Shown here one piece after another: positions 20,658 to 28,932 of a stretch of 43,786 nt of DNA. The position numbers were made by a program, and so were the translations under genes. This DNA comes from Candidatus Eiseniibacteriota bacterium. Lineage in GTDB: Bacteria; Eisenbacteria; RBG-16-71-46. The stretch covers positions 125,715-169,500 of the forward strand of contig JBGAOA010000001.1 of NCBI GenBank assembly GCA_044222065.1, written 5' to 3'. Below the pieces are notes generated by a model that saw nothing but the letters and a program-made list of their open reading frames with translations, ran no database searches and was not told the origin of the DNA. Position 1 is the first letter of the stretch. The number at the start of each line of letters is the position of its first letter.

Positions 20658-21419
20658 ATGTCCCTTCGCGTTTCCTGCGTGAGCGCCACCGTTCTCGCGC
20701 TGCTCACGCTCGCCTCGGCGTGCTTCGCCGCCGATTCGCTCACCGTGATCCAGCGGGGCAAGGCCTCGCTCGGCGGCCAGCTCGGCCTCTCGCGGTTCCT
20801 GAGCGACGAGGACTACACCAAGTCGCGCGACGCCGGCGGTGCGTTCGGTTCGTCGGACGTGCGCCAGCGCTTCGCCTTCGCCGCCAACTTCCGCTACACG
20901 ATGTCGCCGAGCTGGCGCTGGCAGATCGCGCCCGGCTACACGTGGACCGGCTACCAGAAGGACTCGCCGGTTCCGTTCCCGGATCCGAACTACCCCGGCG
21001 ACACGACCAAGGAGAAGTACCTGACGCAGGCGATGCCGGTGTCGGCGCAGATCCACTACGTCCACCGGCTCGGCAAGTGGTACTGGCACTTCGGCGGTGG
21101 TCCCAACGTGACGCGCGTGTGGATCGAGAACCGCCGCAAGGTCCTCAAGGATCCGGTGTCCAAGAAGCTCCACAAGGGCTTCTATCCCGGCGCCTCGTTC
21201 GAAGTCGGCGCCGAGCGCTACCTGAAGTCGCTGCCGAGCGTGACGCTCGAGTTCGCGGCCAGCGGCCACTACGCGATGGCGCAGCGTGACGAGCAGTTCC
21301 CGTCGGGATTCAACAGCGCCCTGTCGTGGGCCGAGCTGCGATTCGGAGCGAACTACTACTTCGACCCGGTGAAGAGGTTCGCGAAGAAGGACAAGTCGGC
21401 CGGGCCGGCCAAGAAGTGA
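20658..21419 (+). CDS. Small outer-membrane beta-barrel protein (putative, 253 aa)
   Basis: Signal peptide (...LASACFA|A), alternating amphipathic strands rich in aromatic residues and Gly, and a last strand [10 protein letters not shown] followed by a Lys-rich tail. Confidence 0.7.
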   Translation: MSLRVSCVSATVLALLTLASACFAADSLTVIQRGKASLGGQLGLSRFLSDEDYTKSRDAGGAFGSSDVRQRFAFAANFRYTMSPSWRWQIAPGYTWTGYQKDSPVPFPDPNYPGDTTKEKYLTQAMPVSAQIHYVHRLGKWYWHFGGGPNVTRVWIENRRKVLKDPVSKKLHKGFYPGASFEVGAERYLKSLPSVTLEFAASGHYAMAQRDEQFPSGFNSALSWAELRFGANYYFDPVKRFAKKDKSAGPAKK

Positions 21420-21420
21420 A

Positions 21421-21452
21421 CGAGAGGCCGCAGCGCGCGCTGCGGCCTCTCG
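21421..21452. repeat. Perfect 32-bp palindrome between the beta-barrel gene and guaB
   Basis: CGAGAGGCCGCAGCGC|GCGCTGCGGCCTCTCG, followed by CGTTTC and the guaB SD. Confidence 0.9.
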
Positions 21453-21472
21453 CGTTTCGGAGGGAGGCGACC

Positions 21473-23032
21473 GTGAACGAGCGCGTGGCGTGGAGCGAGA
21501 AGGTGCCGGCCGAGGGCGCGGCGCCGAAGAGCGGAACGAACCCGGTCGCGAACGCGGTGCCCTGGAACGCGAAAGTCGGCGCGGAGGCGCTGACGTTCGA
21601 CGACGTGCTGCTCGTGCCGCGCCTCTCCGAGACGCATCCGCGCGACGTGGACACGCGCACGCGCTTCTCGCGCGGCATCACGCTCAACGTCCCGATCGTC
21701 AGCTCGGCGATGGACACCGTGACCGAGTACGCGCTCGCGATCGCGCTCGCGCGCGAGGGCGGAATCGGCGTGATCCACAAGAACCTCACGATCGAGGACC
21801 AGGTCGCGCAGGTGGACCGCGTGAAGCGCAGCGAGAGCGGCATGATCGTGGACCCGGTCACGCTGCCGCCCACGGCGACGCTCGGCGAGGCGCACGACCT
21901 GTGCGCGCGCTTCCACATCTCGGGTGTCGCGATCACCGAGAACGGGCGGCTCGTCGGCATCCTGACGAACCGCGACATGCGCTTCGAGACGGACCGCTCG
22001 CGGCGCGTGAGCGAGTTGATGACGTCGCGCGATCTCATCACCGTGCCGGTCGGCACGACGCTCGAAGAGGCGCGCGGCATCCTCGCGAAGCACCGCATCG
22101 AGAAGCTGCCGGTCGTGGACGGCGACATGCGGCTCAAGGGGCTCATCACCGTCAAGGACATCGAGAAGCGCATCAAGTACCCGAACGCCTGCAAGGACGC
22201 GCTCGGGCGGCTGCGCGTCGGGGCGGCGGTCGGCGCGGGCGGCGACTACTTCGAGCGCGCGCAGGAACTCGTGCGCGCCGGCGTGGACGCGCTCGTGGTG
22301 GACAGCGCGCACGCGCACTCGCGCGGCGTGCTGGACGCGGCGACGAAGCTGCGCGAGGCGTTCCCGAATTGCGAACTGGTCGTCGGCAACGTCGGCACGG
22401 CCGAAGGTGCGAAGGCGGTGGCCGCGACGGGCTGCGACGCCGTGAAGGTCGGCATGGGCCCGGGCGCGATCTGCACGACGCGCGTCGTGAGCGGTGCGGG
22501 CATGGCGCAGGTCACGGCGATCCTCGAGGCGGCGCGCGCGCTCGAACCGCTCGACGTGCCGATCGTCGCCGACGGCGGCATCAAGTACTCGGGCGACATC
22601 GTGAAGGCGCTCGCCGCGGGCGCGCACAGCGTGATGATCGGATCGCTGTTCGCGGGCACGGAGGAGAGCCCGGGCGAAGTCGTGCTGCTCGAAGGGCGCT
22701 CGTTCAAGGTGTACCGCGGCATGGGGTCGCTGTCGGCGATGGCCGCGGCGAAGGGCAGCCGCGAGCGTTACTTCCAGGAAGCGACCGATCAGATCTCGAA
22801 GCTCGTGCCCGAGGGGATCGAGGGCCGCGTTCCGTTCAAGGGCCCGCTCGCGAGTTCGGTGTTCCAGATGGTCGGCGGCCTCAAGGCGGGCATGGGCTAC
22901 TGCGGCGTGGCCTCGATCGAGGAGCTGCGCACGCAGACGCGCTTCGTGCGGGTGAGCGGCGCGGGGCTTCGCGAGAGCCATCCGCACGACATCAAGATCA
23001 CGAAGGAAGCGCCGAACTACGAGATCCGGTAG
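21473..23032 (+). CDS. guaB: IMP dehydrogenase (with CBS pair)
   Basis: Motifs [28 protein letters not shown], catalytic [32 protein letters not shown] and LRESHPH. GTG at 21473 follows the SD GGAGGGAGG. Confidence 0.97.
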   Translation: MNERVAWSEKVPAEGAAPKSGTNPVANAVPWNAKVGAEALTFDDVLLVPRLSETHPRDVDTRTRFSRGITLNVPIVSSAMDTVTEYALAIALAREGGIGVIHKNLTIEDQVAQVDRVKRSESGMIVDPVTLPPTATLGEAHDLCARFHISGVAITENGRLVGILTNRDMRFETDRSRRVSELMTSRDLITVPVGTTLEEARGILAKHRIEKLPVVDGDMRLKGLITVKDIEKRIKYPNACKDALGRLRVGAAVGAGGDYFERAQELVRAGVDALVVDSAHAHSRGVLDAATKLREAFPNCELVVGNVGTAEGAKAVAATGCDAVKVGMGPGAICTTRVVSGAGMAQVTAILEAARALEPLDVPIVADGGIKYSGDIVKALAAGAHSVMIGSLFAGTEESPGEVVLLEGRSFKVYRGMGSLSAMAAAKGSRERYFQEATDQISKLVPEGIEGRVPFKGPLASSVFQMVGGLKAGMGYCGVASIEELRTQTRFVRVSGAGLRESHPHDIKITKEAPNYEIR

Positions 23033-23150
23033 GGGGCCGTCCGGCGCGACCCCGCCGTCCGGCGTCTCGCGTCGGATCCCGCGCCGTTCCGTCAACGCGC
23101 GGGTCCGCCCCGCGGCCTGCGCGCGCCGTGCGCCCTGCGCCGGCAGCCCC

Positions 23151-23178
23151 TTCAGCGTCCCGCCGGCTTCGCCGATAC
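23151..23178 (+). promoter_or_regulatory. Candidate sigma28 (FliA/WhiG-type) promoter
   Basis: (T)TCAG-N15-GCCGATAC, compared with consensus TAAA-N15-GCCGATAA. It lies 50 nt upstream of the kinase ATG. Confidence 0.45.
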
Positions 23179-23228
23179 CGGAGTGCGGTCCGCCGCGTCG
23201 TGCGCGGGCCGGCTCAGGGAGCGAGCGG

Positions 23229-26039
23229 ATGAAGCCACCGTTCGGAGCGGACGGTTCCCACGATGCAGCGGGCGGGCGCGAACCGCGGCCTTCCGACGGC
23301 GGCACGCCGGCGTTCGATCCCGCGCGCTACGTTCTCGGCGCCGAAGATTCGGGCGAGCGAGCCTCGCGGCTGGCGTTCCTTGCGGCGCGCACGCGCAGCG
23401 CGGTGATGCTGCTCTCGCCGGTCGGCGAGATCGAGTGGGTGAACGAGAGCTTCGAGCGCATCACCGGATGGAGCGCCGCCGAGGCGATCGGCCGGCATCC
23501 GCACGACCTGCTCGCGCACCCGGACCTCGATCCGGCGGCGCTCGAGGCTCTGTACGCCGCGCAGCGCGACGGCCGTCCGATCGTCACGGAGATCGTCAAT
23601 CGCCAGCGCGGCGGCCGCACGTTCTGGCTCGACCTCGAACTGCTGCCGGTCCGCTCCGCAGACGGCGAGCTGCGCGGATTCGTCGCGATCGCGAACGACG
23701 TCACCGAGCGCCGCGACCTGCAGCAGCGCCTCCGGCTCTCGGACCAGATCCTCCAGCGCGCGAACGCGCTCGTGCTCGCCGCCGGCGAAGACGGTCGCAT
23801 CGTGTTCGCGAGCCCGGCGATCGAGAGCGTGCTCGGCTTCTCGTCCGGCGACCTGCTCGGCGACGGCTGGTGGCGCCTCACGTTTCCCGACGATTCCGAG
23901 CGGCGGCGCGCGCTCGAATGGCACGCGCGCGCGGCGCGCGGCGAGGTGCCGGCACACGAGCTCGGCCGCCGCTACGAGCGGCAGATCGCGCACCGCGACG
24001 GCTCGCCGCGCTGGATCCTGTGGCAGGACTCGCGGGTCTCGGGCGGCATGATCGTCGGCGTGGGACAGGACATCACCGCGCGGCGCGAGGCCGAGGAGCA
24101 GCTGCGCATCGCGCAGGAAGCGGCGCTCAACGCGGCGCGCGTGAAGGCGCAGTTCCTCGCGAACATGAGCCACGAGATCCGCACGCCGATGAACGGCGTG
24201 CTCGGCATGCTCGAGCTGCTGCTGGACACGCCGCTCGCGGAGGAGCCGCTCGAGTACGCGCGGCTCGCGCGCTCGAGCGCGACGAGCCTGCTGCAGGTGC
24301 TGAACGACATCCTCGACTTCTCGAAGATGGAAGCGGGCCGGCTCGAACTCGAACGCACGGCCTTCTCGCTGCGCGCGACGCTCGCGGATCTCGTGAAGCC
24401 GCTCGCGTACCGCGCGGGGCAGAAGGGGCTCGAACTCGCGCTCGACGTCCCGCCCGCGGTGCCCGACGCGCTGGAGGGCGATCCCGGCCGGCTGCGGCAG
24501 GTGCTCGTCAACCTGATCGGGAACGCGATCAAGTTCACGACCGAGGGCGAGATCGTCATCGCGGCGGAGCTGCGCGATCACGACGACGACGCGGTCGTGC
24601 TGCACTTCGCGGTTCGCGACACGGGGATCGGCGTGCCGCCCGAGCAGCACGCGAGGATCTTCGAGGCCTTCACGCAAGGGGACGGTTCGACGACGCGGCG
24701 CTTCGGCGGCACCGGGCTCGGCCTCGCGATCTCGTCCCAGATCGTGCAGCAGATGGGCGGCGAGATCTGGGTCGAGAGCGAGCCCGGCCACGGCTCGACG
24801 TTCCACTTCACCGTGAGACTCGGCCGCTCGGCGTCGGCGCCGGCCGCGCCCGCCGTTCCGGACGGCCTGCGCGGTGCGCGCGTGCTCGTGCTCGACGATC
24901 ACCGCACGAACCAGCGCATCCTGCGAGAATTGCTGCGCGGCTGGGGCCTGCGGCCGACGGTCGCCTCGACCGGGGCCGAGGCGCTCGAGACCGCGCGCCG
25001 CGCGAAGCTCGCGGGCGAAGCGTTCGCGCTCGCGCTGCTCGACGTGCAGCTGCCGGACACCGACGGGCTGACCGTTGCCGAGGGGCTGCGCCGCGAGCAC
25101 GGCGCCGCGTTCCCGATCGTGCTGATCGGCTCCGCCGGCCGCTCCGACGAGCCGGCGCGACGGAGCGCGCTCGGGCTGCGGCACGCGCTCGCGAAGCCGG
25201 TCACCTCGGGCGATCTGCTCGCCGCGATCCAGCGCGCGTGCGCGTCCGGCGACGCGCCCGAGGCAGCCCCGGACGCTCCGCGCACGCCGCGCGGGCGCGT
25301 GCTCGTCGCCGAGGACGATCCGATCCAGCAGGCCGTGTGCGTGCGCCAGCTCGAGAAGCGCGGCCTCGAGGTGCGCCACGTCGCGGACGGCGAGTCGGCG
25401 CTCGCGCTGCTCGAGCGTGAAGCGTTCGACCTCGCCGTGCTCGACCTCGAGATGCCGCGGCTCGACGGCCTCGCGACCCCCGCGCTGCTTCGCGCACGCG
25501 AACGCGCGGACGGCAGGCGCACGTTCGTGGTCGCGCTCTCGGCGCACGCGAGCGCGGGCGAGCGCCGGCGCTGCCTCGATGCCGGCATGGACGAGTTCCT
25601 CGAGAAGCCCGCGAGCGCCGAGGCGCTCGACGCGCTGCTCGACCGCGTGCTCGGGAGCCGCATCCGGCCCGCCGCGCCCGCGGCGCCGATCGAGAAGCCG
25701 GTCGTGGACGCGCGCGGGTTGCGGCTCGCGCTCGGCGACGACGAGTCGCTGCTCGAGGACATGGCGCGGCTCTACGAGAGCGAGACGCCGCTCCAGCTCG
25801 AGTCGCTCCGCGGCGCGCTCGCGGCCGGGGATGCCGGCGCCGTGAAGCTCGTCGCGCACCGCATGCGCGGCGGGTTCCAGGTGCTGCACGCGCCGCGCGG
25901 CGAGGCCGCGGCCCTTGCGCTCGAACAGGCCGCCGTCCGCGGCGAGCGCGACGCGTTCGCGGCCGCGTTCGAAACGCTCGAGCGCGAGGCGCGTGCGGTC
26001 GGCGGCGCGCTCCGCGAACTCGCGCGCCGCGCGGCCTAG
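23229..26039 (+). CDS. Cytoplasmic hybrid sensor histidine kinase (PAS-PAS-HisKA-HATPase-REC-REC-HPt)
   Basis: Two PAS/PAC units (WVNESFERITGW...DVTER; FASPAIESVLG...DITAR), H-box SHEIRTPMNG, N-box NLIGNAIKFT, DTGIG and GGTGLGL. Two REC domains (LLDVQLP, VLDLEMP) and HPt AHRMRG. No transmembrane segment. Confidence 0.95.
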   Translation: MKPPFGADGSHDAAGGREPRPSDGGTPAFDPARYVLGAEDSGERASRLAFLAARTRSAVMLLSPVGEIEWVNESFERITGWSAAEAIGRHPHDLLAHPDLDPAALEALYAAQRDGRPIVTEIVNRQRGGRTFWLDLELLPVRSADGELRGFVAIANDVTERRDLQQRLRLSDQILQRANALVLAAGEDGRIVFASPAIESVLGFSSGDLLGDGWWRLTFPDDSERRRALEWHARAARGEVPAHELGRRYERQIAHRDGSPRWILWQDSRVSGGMIVGVGQDITARREAEEQLRIAQEAALNAARVKAQFLANMSHEIRTPMNGVLGMLELLLDTPLAEEPLEYARLARSSATSLLQVLNDILDFSKMEAGRLELERTAFSLRATLADLVKPLAYRAGQKGLELALDVPPAVPDALEGDPGRLRQVLVNLIGNAIKFTTEGEIVIAAELRDHDDDAVVLHFAVRDTGIGVPPEQHARIFEAFTQGDGSTTRRFGGTGLGLAISSQIVQQMGGEIWVESEPGHGSTFHFTVRLGRSASAPAAPAVPDGLRGARVLVLDDHRTNQRILRELLRGWGLRPTVASTGAEALETARRAKLAGEAFALALLDVQLPDTDGLTVAEGLRREHGAAFPIVLIGSAGRSDEPARRSALGLRHALAKPVTSGDLLAAIQRACASGDAPEAAPDAPRTPRGRVLVAEDDPIQQAVCVRQLEKRGLEVRHVADGESALALLEREAFDLAVLDLEMPRLDGLATPALLRARERADGRRTFVVALSAHASAGERRRCLDAGMDEFLEKPASAEALDALLDRVLGSRIRPAAPAAPIEKPVVDARGLRLALGDDESLLEDMARLYESETPLQLESLRGALAAGDAGAVKLVAHRMRGGFQVLHAPRGEAAALALEQAAVRGERDAFAAAFETLEREARAVGGALRELARRAA

Positions 26040-26077
26040 TCCGCCCGCTTCGGCCGGCCCGGGGCCCGAAAAGTCCC

Positions 26078-26105
26078 CGGCCCCCGGTCGGAAGTCCGGG
26101 GGCCG
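26078..26105. terminator. Hairpin between convergent genes, possible bidirectional terminator
   Basis: CGGCCCCCGG-N8-CCGGGGGCCG; a GAAAA run upstream gives a short U-tract on the minus strand. Confidence 0.5.
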
Positions 26106-26160
26106 TTGCGTCACCCGCGGGGTGGACAGGACCCGAGTGACGTCGCTCGCGCCGTCGCGC

Positions 26161-26925
26161 TCAGCGCTTCGGCAGTTCGAAGCGGAATTCGGGGTTGATC
26201 TGGCGGATCTCGCCGACGACGCGCTCGAGCGACTCCTCCGTCGCCTCGCTCGGCTCCTTCTTCCACGCCGAGTACAGCTCGAGCAGCTCGTCCTGCTTGA
26301 GGCGCAGCAGTTCCGCCTGCTGGTGCTGATTCACCGAGCGCTCGAGGTGGTAGACCTCGCCGTTCGAGAGCCGCTGCACGAGGTCCAGGTATTCGCCGCG
26401 CATGTGCGACAGGATCTTCAGGTACTTCTCGAATCCGACCGAGAGCTTCTCGAGCACTTCGGCCACGCCCTGGTTCTTGCGCGGCATCTGCTGACTGTAG
26501 GTGTAGGCGAAGTGGTAGTAGGTCTTGCCGCGGCCGACGTAGGCCTCTTCGCTCGGCTGCGCCTTCGCGCGCGCCGACTCGGCCATGGACGGATTGTCGA
26601 AGATGCCGATCGAGACCAGCAGGAAGTCGGCGTTGGTCTTGTAGATCTGGTACTTGAGCCGCGCGTCGCCCGAGTTCGACAGCCGGTGGAACACGTCGGT
26701 GTCGTACTTCGAGAGGAAGCGGCGGGACTGCTCCACGTAGTCGGGATTGATGAACGAGTGGAGCAGGTGCGCGAGGTAGACGTTGACGTCCTCGTCGTAG
26801 AAGTCCTGGTTGGACACGAGGCCCGTCTCCATGCGGCTGTACAGGAGGCAGTTGACCATGAAGTAGTAGGTCGGCTGCAGGTTCCTGCTCGTGTCCTTGA
26901 GATCCACGTAGTGACGGGGGTTCAT
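26161..26925 (-). CDS. Hypothetical protein, Tyr-rich and predicted all-helical (254 aa)
   Basis: ATG at 26925 with SD GAGGAGAGG. The composition is protein-like (many Y/N/K/F) and the GC content is visibly lower than in neighbouring genes. No recognised catalytic motif. Confidence 0.88.
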   Translation of the reverse strand: MNPRHYVDLKDTSRNLQPTYYFMVNCLLYSRMETGLVSNQDFYDEDVNVYLAHLLHSFINPDYVEQSRRFLSKYDTDVFHRLSNSGDARLKYQIYKTNADFLLVSIGIFDNPSMAESARAKAQPSEEAYVGRGKTYYHFAYTYSQQMPRKNQGVAEVLEKLSVGFEKYLKILSHMRGEYLDLVQRLSNGEVYHLERSVNQHQQAELLRLKQDELLELYSAWKKEPSEATEESLERVVGEIRQINPEFRFELPKR

Positions 26926-26993
26926 GCGACCTCTCCTCGCGAGCGCTCCACCCGGGTTTCGGGCGGTCGAACGCTCTTCCCGCGATTCCATCG

Positions 26994-27009
26994 AGCAGCC
27001 GTCGTGCCA
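26994..27009 (-). promoter_or_regulatory. Sigma54 (-24/-12) promoter of the hypothetical gene
   Basis: The minus strand reads TGGCACGACGGCTGCT, i.e. GG-N10-GC, matching TGGCACG-N4-TTGCW at all but one fixed position. It lies about 70 nt upstream of the ATG. Confidence 0.72.
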
Positions 27010-27406
27010 CGCGGCCGCGGGCGCGACGAATCGCGCCCGGACGCGGCACGCGCACGAGTTTCGGCCGCGCGCGGTCGCGATGAAGCCGCGTTCGGACAGC
27101 GCGTTCGCGCCGCGGGCCGCAGGCATTGGGGCGAATGCCCCGACCGGCGGCGCCTCGGACGTCCTCGCGGACGCCTGCGGAGGTCAGCGCACCCGTCCGG
27201 GTGCCTCGTGCGGATTTCGCAATGGATTTGAGGAACGAGAAAGGGTTTTGATACCGCCCGTGCTCTCGAACCCGTGCTCCTGCGCCGACTTCGCGGCCGA
27301 CGTGCGATTTGCGAGCGGCATGCGGCGCGCACGCGAGGGTCGTGGCGGACTCGCCGCGACCGCGCGCGAGCGACGCGGCCGCGGCCGCGGAGCGCGAGGC
27401 GCTGGA

Positions 27407-27422
27407 GGGCATGGGACTTGCC
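27407..27422 (+). promoter_or_regulatory. Sigma54 (-24/-12) promoter of the chemosensory-like operon
   Basis: GGGCATGGGACTTGCC, i.e. GG-N10-GC with GGCA and TTGC cores, 55 nt upstream of ATG 27478. Confidence 0.62.
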
Positions 27423-27477
27423 TGAACCTCCGCCGTCCTCGCCGCTCCCGCAGCGTCCCGAACCCGATCGCGCATCC

Positions 27478-28932
27478 ATGTCCACCGCACCTCGCTCCAC
27501 TTCCCGCGCGGACTCGGAGCCGGAGGCTCGACTGAGCCTCCGGCTCCGGCGCTGGTTCGCCTGCCTCGGCGGCGCGCTCGTCACCGCGCTCGGCGTGTGG
27601 TGGATCGTCGGCACGCAGTTCGGCCCGACGGTCGCCGATCCCGCGGTCGCCGTCGTGTCGCTGCTCGGCTCCGTGGCGGCCGGGGTGCTGCTCGGGCTGC
27701 TGCTCGCGCTGTGGCTCGACCGCCACGTGCTCGCGCAGCTGCGCGGCGTCTCGCGTTCGCTGCGCGACCGCGACCCGTACGCGCTCAAGGGGCTGCCGTC
27801 GAACTCCGGCTGGGGCGAGCTGAGCGACCTGACGTCCGAGGTCTCGCTGCGCATCGCGCGCGAGAAGCAGCTCGAGCGCATCGCAGCCGAGGCGAACGTG
27901 CTCCGCGAAGGTCTCGACGAGGCGCGCCAGCGCATCGAACGCTGGTCGCGCACCGAGGCATGGGAGCCCTTCGGGCCCCGCACCGGCCCGGTGGCCGCGC
28001 TCGCCGAGTCGCTCGACCGCGCGTTCGAACGCGACCTCGAGGCGCGCGACCAGAACCTGGAAGCCGCGCGGCAGATCAAAGGCGCGCTCACCGACGCGCG
28101 CGGCGACGCGCGCGAGTCCGTCGAGCAGGCGGAGCGCGGCTTCGTCGAATCCACGGCCCTGCTCACGACCGTGCGCGAGCTGCAGCGCCTCTCGGGCGAG
28201 CTGCGCATCGCGCTCGAAGCCGCCGGCGTCGAGCCCGTCGCCGCGGGCGGGAGCGCGCGCGAGGCGGCGGCGGCGGCGATCGAGGAGCTGGTCGCGGCGT
28301 CGGCCGAGAGCGTGGAGCACCTGTCGGCCGGGCTCGCGCGCGTGCGCGAGATCTCGGATCACGTCCAGCTCGTCGCGAACCGCGCGACGCTCGTCGCGCT
28401 CCAGGCGGCGAGCACGGGCGGCGCGCCCGAGGGCAGCGAGCGCTTCGAGGAACTGCGCCGGCTCACGCGCGACGTGCGGCTCGCGAGCGAAGGCGCGGAA
28501 TCGGTCGCGCGCACCGTCGCGCGCGCGGCGGCGGCGGCGAACGAGCGCATGCACGCGGTCCGCGCGAGCGTGGGTTCGCGGCTCGCAGGGCTGCCCGCCG
28601 AGGCGTCGGGCACGGCGCGTCCGAACGACGACGCCGCGCGGCTGCTCGAGCGCGTGCGCGAGATGGTCCAGGACGCGACCCGCAAGGGCGAGCGGCTGTC
28701 GGCCGCGGGCGAGCGCAGCTCGCGCGCCGCCGAGCGGCTCGCGCGCCGGCTCGACGACCAGTGCGCCGAGATGGAAGGCCTCGTCGTGCGCCTGACGCGC
28801 GCGACGCCGGACACGGCCGCCGAGGGCGGAGCGGGCGAGCCGCTGCGCCTGCTCGAGACCGAGTCCACGACCGAAGCGCTGCTCGAAGGTCCGGACGACG
28901 CGCGCCGCGGGCGCAGCGAGGAGCGGCCGTGA
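27478..28932 (+). CDS. Divergent methyl-accepting-chemotaxis-protein-like membrane protein (484 aa)
   Basis: Two closely spaced N-terminal TM helices, a HAMP-like segment (LAQLRGVSRSL...GELSDL) and long coiled coils. VANRATLVALQAA resembles the MCP signature IA.QTNLLALNAA, but the following tip motif is degenerate. Confidence 0.7.
   Translation: MSTAPRSTSRADSEPEARLSLRLRRWFACLGGALVTALGVWWIVGTQFGPTVADPAVAVVSLLGSVAAGVLLGLLLALWLDRHVLAQLRGVSRSLRDRDPYALKGLPSNSGWGELSDLTSEVSLRIAREKQLERIAAEANVLREGLDEARQRIERWSRTEAWEPFGPRTGPVAALAESLDRAFERDLEARDQNLEAARQIKGALTDARGDARESVEQAERGFVESTALLTTVRELQRLSGELRIALEAAGVEPVAAGGSAREAAAAAIEELVAASAESVEHLSAGLARVREISDHVQLVANRATLVALQAASTGGAPEGSERFEELRRLTRDVRLASEGAESVARTVARAAAAANERMHAVRASVGSRLAGLPAEASGTARPNDDAARLLERVREMVQDATRKGERLSAAGERSSRAAERLARRLDDQCAEMEGLVVRLTRATPDTAAEGGAGEPLRLLETESTTEALLEGPDDARRGRSEERP

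Noticed and set aside
21326..21472. Longer guaB start given in the ORF track
   Set aside because: It overlaps the barrel gene and the palindrome. The strong SD supports GTG 21473.
2699..26114. Very long antisense and alternate-frame ORFs (e.g. 8526..13655 -, 14251..18702 -, 23214..26114 -, 3181..7167 +)
   Set aside because: These are shadow ORFs expected from stop-codon scarcity at very high GC. They have R/A/G-biased composition, no motifs, and lie wholly over well-supported genes.
26926..27477. Small ORFs, N-terminal extensions or a riboswitch in the intergenic region
   Set aside because: The ORFs crossing it have shadow-like composition, and no known riboswitch or ncRNA consensus was recognised. 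Divergent promoters explain the region better; an Rfam scan would settle it.
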